From Paraspadella gotoi (taxonomy: Eukaryota > Animalia > Chaetognatha): a stretch of DNA of 64,000 bases. The stretch is from assembly GCA_051294375.1 (NCBI GenBank), contig CM119269.1, forward strand, positions 10,165,056 through 10,229,055, read 5' to 3'. Below are positions 47,095 to 64,000 of the stretch, in pieces (the stretch's first letter is position 1; each line of letters starts with the position of its first letter). The notes below the pieces were generated by a model. The model made no database searches. It had not been told where the DNA came from and saw nothing but the letters and a program-made list of their open reading frames with translations. Both the position numbers and the translations under genes were made by a program.

Positions 47095-49740
47095 ATGATG
47101 CCGATGGGAACAGAGCCTCGCACGCTCGGGGTGGTGGAGGAAAGTTTCGAGGTGATCGATCACGGCGAAGGCGACTTCCGCCCGTCGATTCGAGAGAGAG
47201 CTCTAGACAACGAATACGAGGAACGCCTGGATAACCGTCCACGGTCATCGGAAAACGGAAACGACGTCTTCGTGGACGCGTCGGCCGCTCGCCCGGCGCC
47301 CTTGTCGATGAACGGAGAATCGTCAAACGCGGAGACGTTTACGCCGAGCACTCGGCGAACGTCCAGCAAGAGTTCCATGAGTTCGCGACCCAGCCTCGAC
47401 CAGATCCGATCGTCGCTGATGTACTCGCTCAACACCCAAGAGATCGAACCGCGCGAAATGGTGGATCGATTGTTGATTCTCCTCAGCGAGAATCGTCAGC
47501 AGCGGGAGAAGATGAAGCGACAAAACGTTAGCTTGCAGCAAGGCGTCGAACGCATTCTCCAGCTGCGGGAGGAAAATGCTAAGCTTATAGAGCGGGACCG
47601 CTTCAACTTTCAGCGGACCAAAGAGCTCATCGAAAACCTGAAGGGAGAACTTCGAGAACGGGATGCCCGTTTGGCAGCCAAGGATTCGGAGATCGTCGAG
47701 CTGAGTCGCTTCAGAGTAAACGCCGCCGATTATCTACAAAAATACGAGAACGCCGTTGCCCGAGTAAAACAACAGGATGCTGAGCTGACGAAGAAGGACA
47801 AGGAATTGAAGGAATCCAGAAGCCGATTGGAAAGGAGGGACGACGTCGACAAAGTCTCGCCGAGTTCAGATTCGGACGCCGACGCCGCGGCCGAGTTCGA
47901 ACCTGTCGCTGATCAAGGAGACTTTATCCTCGAACTCATGGACAAGACAAACCAGCTGGAGATGCAGAAGACGGCGCTCACCGAAGAATTAGAAGCGAGC
48001 AAGAGGCGCGCCAAAGAGTATCTGGCCGAGCTGGAAAACAAGCGTCAGGCCGAATTTCACAGGGATACAGAAATGATCGGACTTAGAGACACCATCGACG
48101 AGCATAAACGAGAAGTTGCCGTTCTGAAAAAACAAATCGAAGAATTACAACGGCATAATACAGACTTGACCGAAGAATCCAATGTCAAGGACCTCATGGA
48201 TGCCGCCCAAATCGCAATGATTGCGGAAGAAAAGACTGTAGTCTCCGAAAAATCGATGGCCTACGACTCGGCCGCCTCTATCATCCCGACAAACGAATTG
48301 TTGGAGAGAATGGAGTCGTTGCGCGCCGAGTTGGAGGCGACGAAGAAGAAGGAGGATGAGCTTAAATCGCAACTCTCGCTAAGAGAAACCCAATTGCTGC
48401 AGCAAACGCTAAAGACGGAGGAGATCGCCGGACTCCGGGCACAAGTCGTTTCACTGGTGGAAGAGCTGTCAAAAACAAAAGAGGAGAGAACGCGCGCGAA
48501 GGCGTTGGAGCAAGAGTACGAGAGATTCAAGACGCAGAAAGAGATCGACGAAGAACAAAACCGATCAATCCTCGCGCAGTTCAAGCTCGAGCTGGAGGCG
48601 CAAATGGAGCGAGCCACGCGCGAGTTAGGCGAGGCGTCAGAAGCTAAGAGGGAGCTGCGTAGCGTGGAAAGGGCGTTGGAAGCGGCGAAGAAGGACTTGG
48701 CGGAGAAGGAGTCAATCATAGAGTACTTTCAGTCGCAGAGTAGCGATGGCGCCGATCAGAGGCTTCTTTTCGCTGAGCAAGAGCTGAAGAAGTTGCGCTT
48801 CGAGGTCGATCGCCTTACGGCGCAGGTGAGAAGAGTATATATATATATATATAGTTATATTGTACAATTATAAATTCGCCTTCCCTTTCCCATTTGGCCT
48901 TTTTGTGTATAGTCATTGGCAGCAGAAGACGTCATTAACGAAAAAGATGAGCAGCTTTCGCGCGAACGAAAAGAAAATGGGAAACTACGCGCCAAGGTAG
49001 AGGACATAGGAATGCTGCAGGCACAGGCGCAAGTCTACAAAGAAGATTTCGAGCAAGAACGACAAGCCCGCGATAAAATGGCGCGAGAGAAGGAGCAAGT
49101 AAAGACGGAAAATCAGCAGCTGCACGATCAGATCGCTCACCTAAACGACTTGGTGCAAGGCGCCACACAGTTCGTCGGGGTGACCCAACCCACGCCCTCC
49201 AGTCCAGCGGCGAACGGGACCTTCCCGCGAGCGAGAAGTCAAAACTCTGGATTAGGGGAGCCGAACGGAAGACCTCACTACACGCTGGCCGACAGAGAGG
49301 CGGCGGCTTCTCATGGCCGCTTCGCGCCGCCGTCGACTCCGCCTGGGATTCAGAGGGGCTTGATGAACGGGGCATTCGCCATGTCGAACGGATCACCGAG
49401 ACCCGAGAGGTCGTTGATGACCGACGGAGCAGTTGGAAGGAGCGCGACGACAGCGAGAGTTGAGGACACATTTCTAACGCCTGCGGAAAGTGGAGCCGGA
49501 GCGGAGGGCCGGAAAATCAGCGTTCTCGTGCCAAAGTCTCCCTCGACGCATCGCTTGACACCGGAGGAGCCAACCCCGACCGCGACAACAATGTCGGAGC
49601 TTTCTCAGTCGCCCCTTGAAGTTTCCGACGAGTGGCAACTCCTTCGAGAAGATATGGAGCTGATTTGCCCGAAGTGTCGTGCAGGGGTTTCTACAATGGA
49701 TTTGCTTCAAGTTCATATTTTGGAGTGTTTAGATAGTTAA
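47095..49740 (+). CDS. NEMO (IKBKG)/optineurin-family ubiquitin-binding coiled-coil protein
   Basis: Exons 47095-48825 and 48913-49740. Long coiled coil, UBAN motif QAQVYKEDFEQERQARDKM, C-terminal CPKC..LQVHILECL zinc finger, N-terminal EESFEVI LIR-like motif. Confidence 0.88.
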
Positions 49741-50290
49741 AGCTTTTTCCTGGGAAGTCAATTATTGCGCGTGCTTTAGGAGACATCACAATCTTGATGA
49801 TTTGTCTAATCTAATTATGATACCATGTACGACGTACATTGTACGTTCTTTAGAACTGATTCTACTAGTCTTTTTTCTAACTTGCAGGAGACAATTTTAA
49901 CTATTTAATTATTCACTGATGCAACAGTTATTATCTTGAGAAAATGTATAAACATTGTTAACTATCAATATTGACAAATATATATTTTTACACGCATGAT
50001 AAAAAATCTCAGTAACGACATTGTCAAAGCAAAATAAGTCCGAAAAGGAGACAAAATCACGAAAACGGTCAGACTGAATCAAAATGTCAAATAACAGTGA
50101 GCCGTTGTTTTAAACTAAAGTGTCACTTCAGCTTTAACCTCGACAAAACAAAAAAAACAGATTCTAAATTTTAAAAATTCACCCGAACGAATTTTTTAAA
50201 AAATTAAGTACTTAATCAGAGATTCAGAAATCATAACTAAACGAAATATAAAAAAGTTATTGGTTCCCCTATTTTTGAAAGGGAATCATT

Positions 50291-56133
<5,843 letters not shown>

Positions 56134-56941
56134 CCTGACGTAAAAATTTGGACCACGGGAAGACACCTAATATTTTTTTTGTAAAATATAAACAATAAAT
56201 ATAAAATATAACCTGGGGCTGTGGTGGAACTTACTATTGGCAATCGAAGTTTTGAGTTAAAGAATTTGTATGGCAACAGCCGTCCACAGTTGACTATTAA
56301 CTATGCGCCTTTTCGATGTCGAACCAAAAGTTCGCGGTAAAAAAGATTTAACCGAGGGAGGAATAAAATTCGAGGTCAAGCTTAAGTCGACAAAGCCGCT
56401 GCTTCTTGTTTACTTTTGTCTAAGTATCACAGAAAAAGAATGGAAGGCATTTGGTATGTCTTGGTTGTTTTTTTTTTTTTGGTTTTGACTTTTCTGCAAT
56501 AAAAATAATAATATAGCAAGCGTTTAAACCTTGGTTTTCGGAATAGGATAAATTCAAAGCATGAATTCAAAAGAAATGCAATATACGTCAGCAAACTGAG
56601 ATCAGTTTTGCTAAGCAAATCAACAAAAGTTTATGTACTATTTGACTTCAATACTAATTTAATCATTAATATTACATATAATAAATTTGTAAAATTACAA
56701 TTTATAATTTTATTCTATAAAATTCTTACTAGTTTTACACATCGCTATACATTTTCCGCTAAACTAAAAGTAAATTTTTTTTTTCATAAACAGCGCTTCG
56801 TTGACACTTAGCTAATCAGGAATCACGATGGACATTGGACAACTAACTACAAAAAATATACTTTCAGCAATATCATTATGATATGGTCAGAGAAAAATAC
56901 TGCGCCTATTCGGGACGATAACCAACTGACGTCACTCTCTC

Positions 56942-59900
56942 TCAAACAGGCTGAACTTGCATAATGGTATAGGCTTCATTCTGAAAAACCATCTCGAAAT
57001 AGGGACGCCCGGCGAGCTTAGATTCCATGAGCTTTTTGCAGGCTGCCTCTTTTCCTCGATTAGCGGGATCGACGACGTCCCACACTCCGGGCATCGTGCA
57101 CTGACGAGCCGACGCGCCGGTGCACCAAAGGTGATCGATGATAACATAGTCGACTGACATGGAGGCCAATTGCCGGTGAATCTCTTGCATTGGTTTTCGG
57201 CTGGCCACCGTGTAAACTCTCATTGTCCGAGCTCGAAGGTCTGAGTCCTCGTAGTGTGGATGATTAACTATCGGTCGATCCGCGATCAATTTCACACTAA
57301 AAAAAATGCTATTTAAAAAAATATATCGGAGCAAATAGATCAAGCCAATCGAAAATTGAACCTGGCCATGGTGGGCATGGGTCCGGCAAAAACAGAATCG
57401 GGAGCGGTGTTAGATTTGACAAACTCCAACATTCGCTCCATAGGGGCGTTGTTGTACTCGCCCATTATTGACAACTGTCGATCCACGTTGATTTTACCCA
57501 TGATGGCGCTGACGGCCAGCAATACGCCAAAGAACCCAACCTTATCAAGGAAAGCGCAAAATAGTTACATTTTTATTTGGTTAAAACTAGTACGGTTTAT
57601 TTTAAAATAGGTTGAATATATTTAAAACGTAAATAAACTAATTAAGATTCTTTAAAACACCTGAATGTTTGGCGTCATAACTTCTTGCCACGGACAGATT
57701 TTTCGAGAGGGTAGGAGCCCCATAATGAGACACAGCATCGGAGTCCAAAAAAGCTTTAATCGCATGATAAGGACGGCCATCGCGGTGTAAAACGCTAACT
57801 GAATGAGAACGAAGACGAATTCCGCCGGAGGTGGCTCTATGGTACGTGTCTTCTTTAACGGGGGAGTTGGAGGCGGGGGTGGCGTTGATAAAAGGGGAGG
57901 AGACGGCAACGTGGGGGCGGTACTGCGGGGTTTCCTCTTCGACCGGATTGGGGCGGAATATGGAGCGGAAGAGTTACAGTCTTCGGTCTCGTTTTCGTCT
58001 GATCGTGACGGCGGCGCAAAGTCAAAAGTGACGCATTTAAAAAGGAAGAACAATAGTTGGCAAAGAATGATGAAGGCCACGAGAGAAGCGACCGGAAGGA
58101 GCAAAGTCTTGCTCGTGTTCCATATCACTGATGGAAAAAGAAAGATACTCAGTGTTTTTATTCGTTCGTAGTCAAGATTAGAGTAGATTAGCTTCCTTTT
58201 TTCACCTTCCAGCTCCATGAAGTCGAATTCGCGCGCGCACGTATACATTAAAGTATGAAAATTTCGAAAGGCTAAAATGACAAGAACAGATGGAATTTTT
58301 TTTAATAAATGAACTATGGAGGTCGAAATAGTTAACTTTTCTCACATGTAAATTTGGCTTTGAGAATTTCGGCTATGTGTGCATCGTCCTCTTGCTTTAT
58401 GACGCGAGTAACCAAGTGAAAAAGAACGACAAAATAGAGAAGAAAACCTTTTCCCAGTAGCAACCACATGACTGGCGAATACACAACATTTTTTTCTCGC
58501 TTCCAGATAAATTTTCTGTAGACAAGAGAAAGTTAAAGAGTGAATCCCGAGGGTGAAATTTTTCGGGATTGATGGCACCATACCTTGTTATCCGTAATAA
58601 CTCCATGCAGATGAGGGAAACAGTGAGGAATGAGCTCAATAGCATACGGTTACCGAATAATAAGCAAAGCGCAATGAAGAGCCCAACAATTTGAGATCTA
58701 ATGTAAAGCTTGAATACGTCGTCTCGGATCTTGAGAAAGTGGAGGTAATTTGAAGAGATAAATGTATATTAGTATAAACTTGAGATGAAGAAAATAACGG
58801 CCCTCTTAGATTATTCAAATTTGTTAGAAGGCTCGAAAATCAGACTTAACTTACCAGACCGAGGATGAAGCAAACGGTGACAGACAAAGCTTGCGTGAGC
58901 AGAGAGAACTGAGCAAACTGCCAAAATAATATAAACACGACAGTCAAAATGATGAGGGCGAAGGCGTGTAACGGAGAAGGCGAGGCGTTCCGGGGTGGTG
59001 TATCCGCTTCTTCGTCCGGAGGAGGAAAACGTCGGTTGACGTGACACGACTTTATCAGGTGGCAGACAACGGCAAAGTGAAAGACGCAAATCGGGTAGGC
59101 AAAGCTTTCGCGGAGACTAGAAAAAATAACGAAAAACTTCATTATAAGTATAACCTTCCTTTTATGTTCTTTTTAAATTGTTTCTAATCACTGAGAACAA
59201 ACATGGCATTCTTCTTAATCATCTAAAGAAAAAATGAACCTCGAGAAAAAAAAGTTAGGGAATCTAGCATCGATTTTATCGATCCACTTCAATTGTGCCA
59301 AAAAGGAATTTTTTAAAGAAAAGACTCGAGACACGAAACTCGAAAGGCTCGGCAAACAGAAGGGCGTCGAAACAGAAAGGAGATTCGTTCTTATCAAGGA
59401 ATAAAACCTTCCTTCCGTGAAAGGGTTCATACACCTCACATCTGTTTTTTAAGGCTACCTTTTAACACTTCCCCCTGTCTTATTTTTCAAACAAAAATCC
59501 TATTTTATCGAAGACAAGTTCGCACTTTAAGAAATTAACTGGAAGCAGTAAAAAGGCCTAATTGCTAATAATTGAGGGAAGTTTGGACATTGGCAATTTG
59601 AATATAGAAATATCTATTAATATATATTATGATTAAGAAAAGTTATTGATATTGTAAGTGTTATATATAATAATAATAATTTATACGTAATTTGTACTCC
59701 CGATAAGACGATGATGACCGGGCAAGTGGAAAATATAAAGGATAATAATGATAATTATAATAGAATATTGAATAAGCTGAAGTACCTGGGCGTCCACTGT
59801 ACGCGCGAACATTCCCCTTGATTGAAGAAAAATGCGGCGAAGGTGACGACTCCTCCGACTAAAGAGTTGCTTAAGTAGGCGGCCAAAAGAAAGAGAACCG

Positions 59901-60655
59901 AAAGCATAGCGCCGTTAAGCCAGTAGACAACGTGGATATAAAAGTACATGCGGTCACCGGCTCCCTCGCAACTCTCCACAGGCGGGAGCCCCTCCCCTCG
60001 ATTCACCTTCCAACATTCTTTAGTTTTCACACCGAGGCTATCAGACACGGTGACGAAAAGGCGATACAAGGCACCCACGAATACCTGGACATGAAAAAGC
60101 CAATGTAAGAAATGTTACAATCGCTAAGATTTACTTCGATGAGTACTCACTTCTGGATAGAGATTGAACCTCTTGAGCGCGTTGATGGTGCTGGGATATT
60201 CGGTTCCGTTGTCGATCGTCAGGTCAACGACGCCTTGGACGAACGACGGCTGATCGACCAAAGTTTTGTAATATGAATAATAAAATCCCATTTCCGTCCG
60301 AAACGACATTTCTCGCTCGGTGTCAGAGAGGTGTGAGAAATGCACCTCGTTTTCCTAAGTGAAAATTTTTTTTGTTTTTTGTTTTTGCGAACAGAACGTA
60401 TATAAACCCGAATAAAAATTCAATTATCACTACTGATCTTCATTATAACCCCGAAACCTTGAGAGTGAATATATGATTCCGATAGAGGACTCCGCAGACG
60501 ATCGTGAGAATAACGTGAAAAACTAAGATGGTTTTGGAAGATAAAATGCCGGACGTGACAATGTTAGGTGGTGTCGAGGCGTCAGAAAGTTCGGATCTTT
60601 CGTTGACGCCATTTCCAACACGTCGAGCGGCGTTGGCTTTTTTGTTTTGACCCAT
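56942..60655 (-). CDS. DPY19: DPY19-family C-mannosyltransferase
   Basis: [93 protein letters not shown]. Multi-exon. Confidence 0.95.
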
Positions 60656-60926
60656 CGGTGTTTCTTATGGTCTTTGTTTTTTTGGGGTTATAATTGTACC
60701 TAATCAAGATCACGGGAACCTATAAGTTCCATCTGAAAAATTGGAGAAAGGCCAGTTGTGGTAATTTTTAAAAAATTCAATCAAATTACGTCTGTTTTTT
60801 TTATAGATATAAATTAAGCCTTTGTTTTCCTAATAATAGACTATAGAGGTACCTAGAGCTGACTAGAAGTGGTTACAGGTATGGAAAAAATATCGATAAA
60901 TTTAAAATTTTTAAAAAAAGTAAAAT

Positions 60927-63432
60927 TCAAGAGGTATCGTCAAGAGCGACCTCCTCCATACAAGGCGCTAATTCGGGGACGACCAGCGCCACCGAACGAG
61001 AATCGGTTAAATTGGGGACTTCGACGATCCCCATTTCCGAATGCGCGGCACCACTGAGGGAAACATTGAGCCCGTCGAAGATGTGGATATCGCCCCATCC
61101 TCCGCCAGAAAGGGAACCAGTTTCGGAATCGTGACGTTTTCGTGGTTCCTCCATCTTTAAAGAATCATTGTAAATTGTAAATTGTTGGGCAACAACACTC
61201 AACCTCGGTCAAAACTGTCCTTACCAACCTTACCCTCGATCGTTTTCCCTCATTCTTTTTATGGTCAACTTTAACCTTATAAATACCATTGTTATAGACT
61301 AAGCATCTGAGCCTTTTGACTGATTTTGTTTTTAACCTTGTTAAAGAATAAAATCTTTCTTACTCTGAAACTTGTTGCGTCCACAAAATTTTCTATCGCA
61401 CCCTCACAAACCCTGGTCCTAGGTTTCCTAGGTTTACTTCGCTTCCTTGGCAAAACGACTAAACCGGTTTAATCATCATTAAAGAGGTACACGTTAACAT
61501 GAGAGTTAACATTTTGATAATGACAACTTGACAGTGAACGCGCAAGTCCAAAAAGAGCAAAATTGGGTTCGATGGTTAACTGATGCGGCTTTTAAATCTA
61601 TCCGTTTCCTTCTTACCCAAACAGCGTGGGAGTCGTTAACGGCGATTTGATAATTACGAGACGATGACTCTTTTGTCTCTCGACGGTCGCACGACCGCCG
61701 ATCGTATTGAGCCGAGTCGAGCAAAAAGGAAGAGTCGTTGGCGACGCTGGACTGCGGAGAGGGCCGTGAGGAATATCCTGATCGAGTAGCAATTTCCGCG
61801 GAGGCAACAAGATCCGGGTAAGTACTGGCATGTCGCAGGGACTTGTCCGCCTCCGAAGCTTTTGGTGTTCTGACCCGCGAGGAACTCGAAGCGGCCTGAT
61901 GAAGGGAGTGCGAAATCGTCGTTGGTCCGGCAGCGTTGCGAGTGCCTAATACCCCATCGCGACACCCGTCACCGCCGTAAATGGGACCAATCGAGGTCTG
62001 GGTCCAGTTATCGGTGGTGACGCACTGAATACGACAACGCCGGCACATATAATATCGAAGCACCTCCGCCGGTCGCCGCGCCTCCGAAGTGTAATGCATC
62101 AGCAGCCTATCCTGGTCTTCGGTGACCGAGGCCGACGAGCCGACAGAGGAAGCCCCGGGATGAGTAGCGTCGTCGAGCGCCGCTTCAAAGACGCGGGTCA
62201 AGACGGAAGTAGGAAGTTCGTCCGCAAAGTCATCGACCGGGGGTCCGTCTCCGCTTTCCGACGGGGAGAGTTGCCCTAAACGGCGGTAGGGAGAAAAACG
62301 TTAAAAAATTGCATTAAGAGTATTCAAGTTTCCAGCTCGTCGTTTTTCTTACCCGTCGAACTTGTCGTCGAAGTTTCGTTGGAAAAAGTCATCGCCGACG
62401 GAGGAAAGGTCGAGATGAAGTTGGACGGGGAGATGGTGAAATAACTCAAAAATCCCCCTATGAGGAAAAGAGCGAAAGACTTTTAAGAATAAAGAGGAGT
62501 AAGGAATTTTCCGACAGCGGGCGCTCAGGGATTTGCACCAGCAGAGAACATCCTATGTGTTTAAAATGTTTATGCTAGCACCATCACACTTATTCATTTT
62601 CTATTTCTCTTTACCCCTGGGTCCACCCTCGGATTTTCGAGACTCGTCCAGCGCTTTCATCTCGTCGTACGTGAGGCGAGCGCTGACGCGGTCGCGCAAT
62701 TCAGCAGGGAGATCATCGATGCGACGCGGCAGGAATGAAGAGGATCGGACGTGCAGTAGTCGCGTCGCTAGGGAGCAGTCATGGCGGAGTCGTGCGTTCG
62801 CATCCTCGAGTTGACGAACGCGAATCGTGGTCGACTGAAGAGAGAGAAATTGTTTGTGAATATGAACTTAGTCTTACCCCAATTTTCCCTCCGCAAACTA
62901 CTTTAAGTTCGGCGTCCAACGAGCGAACAAGCGCTTGAAGACATGAGTTTTTCCCGTCAACTTCGTCGGCTTTCGAAAGAATTTTCTCTTCCAGCATCTG
63001 GTTAACGCGTTGCATTTGTCGATGACTCTCCAACAACCGATCGTATTTGTCGCGGTGTGAGCGCAACTCCGTCTTAAAGGGTTAACCACGATGTAAGAGA
63101 GGTCACGGGGAAGCTGAGATTTTTTAAAAAGTTTGTCTCGAGACGATAAACACCTGCAACTTTTTGGCTTCATTCTGTCCGCGTTGACGGCTTTCGATAA
63201 GCGCATGTTCCAATTTTTGTACGTGTTCGTTGTTCTGCTTAAGACGGGCATTGAGGACCTCGATCTGATGCTGAAGATCGAGATTCGCGGTAGTCGTGAC
63301 GAGATGATGATGGTGATGATAGTGAGTCGTCGTTTTGGCGGGAGGAGACGATGTAGTAGAAAAAGATGGTTTTTGGTTAGCCAATTCCGAGTCCTTGTCA
63401 AATTCCTTCAAAGAGAAATGTGGTGAATTCAT
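60927..63432 (-). CDS. TJAP1 (Pilt)/BEGAIN-like coiled-coil protein
   Basis: KYDRLLESHRQMQRVNQMLEEKIL and RLRHDCSLATRLL..IDDLPAELRDRV resemble the family N-terminal domain. The 3' exons are Ser-rich and their boundaries approximate. Confidence 0.7.
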
Positions 63433-63692
63433 GTTGTGAATTTTATATCATATAAAATGTAGGAGAAAAAGTAAATTAATTACATCAGTTAATAATGCTA
63501 AAATAATTTAAATAATGCTAAATTGAATTATAAATTCACACGTCTTTTACTTGCATAGTTGAAAAGAGAAATGGGTGTGAGTTAAGAAACTATTAAAGAA
63601 TGGAATGTGAAAGATTAAAGAGCGTGGAAATCTTTTTTTCCATCTCTTTCATTCCTGGGTGAAAAGCATACTGCCATTAAAAAAAGTAAACA

Positions 63693-63752
<60 letters not shown>

Positions 63753-64000
63753 ATAAAAAAATTCAGTATAGTAATAATCGAGGACATTTAAAAATCAAGA
63801 ACGAAAAGGCACAAGTTGGAATCGCGGCAAAAACCACAAGGAGCTACGAATCACCTTCAGCACACAAAAGGGACAGAGGAAAAAAAATGCTAAGTAATTA
63901 GCGAAAGCCATCGACTCAAACAAGAGAGAAAAATGGGAAAGAAAGAAAAAAAAACGAGGCTGGCTTTTTCGGTCAGTGGCAAGTATGAAATGCAATAAGT

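Noticed and set aside
47160-49716. Antisense ORFs over the NEMO/OPTN gene (also over ERM, DPY19 and TJAP1-like)
   Set aside because: Shadow frames of GC-richer coding exons.

Overview
AT-rich eukaryotic (invertebrate metazoan-like) genomic DNA with spliceosomal introns and four N-gaps; the species cannot be determined from the sequence. The left ~45 kb is repeat-dense. It holds two multi-exon + strand genes: a mosaic type-I membrane protein (thyroglobulin-1, antistasin-like, WR1/lustrin, kringle and ricin-like modules, a TM helix and a Tyr-rich tail) and an acidic, multi-CxxC zinc-finger-like protein. The right ~19 kb is gene-dense: MANF/ARMET, a NEMO/optineurin-family protein, an ERM (moesin-like) gene, DPY19 and a TJAP1/BEGAIN-like gene. 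Repeats include Helentron/DINE-like HINEs, a hAT MITE with 8-bp TSDs, a Kolobok-like TIR element, a solo LTR and two Penelope-like fragments. The most striking signal is a set of self-cleaving ribozyme motifs. About eight circularly permuted (P5-type) twister motifs sit in three tRNA-headed SINE-like families, show compensatory covariation, and replace stem P1 with three different 4-nt palindromes (GCGC, CCGG, ACGT), which suggests they work as dimers. Penelope-type minimal hammerheads are also present. All structures and gene models were read by eye and need computational and biochemical confirmation.
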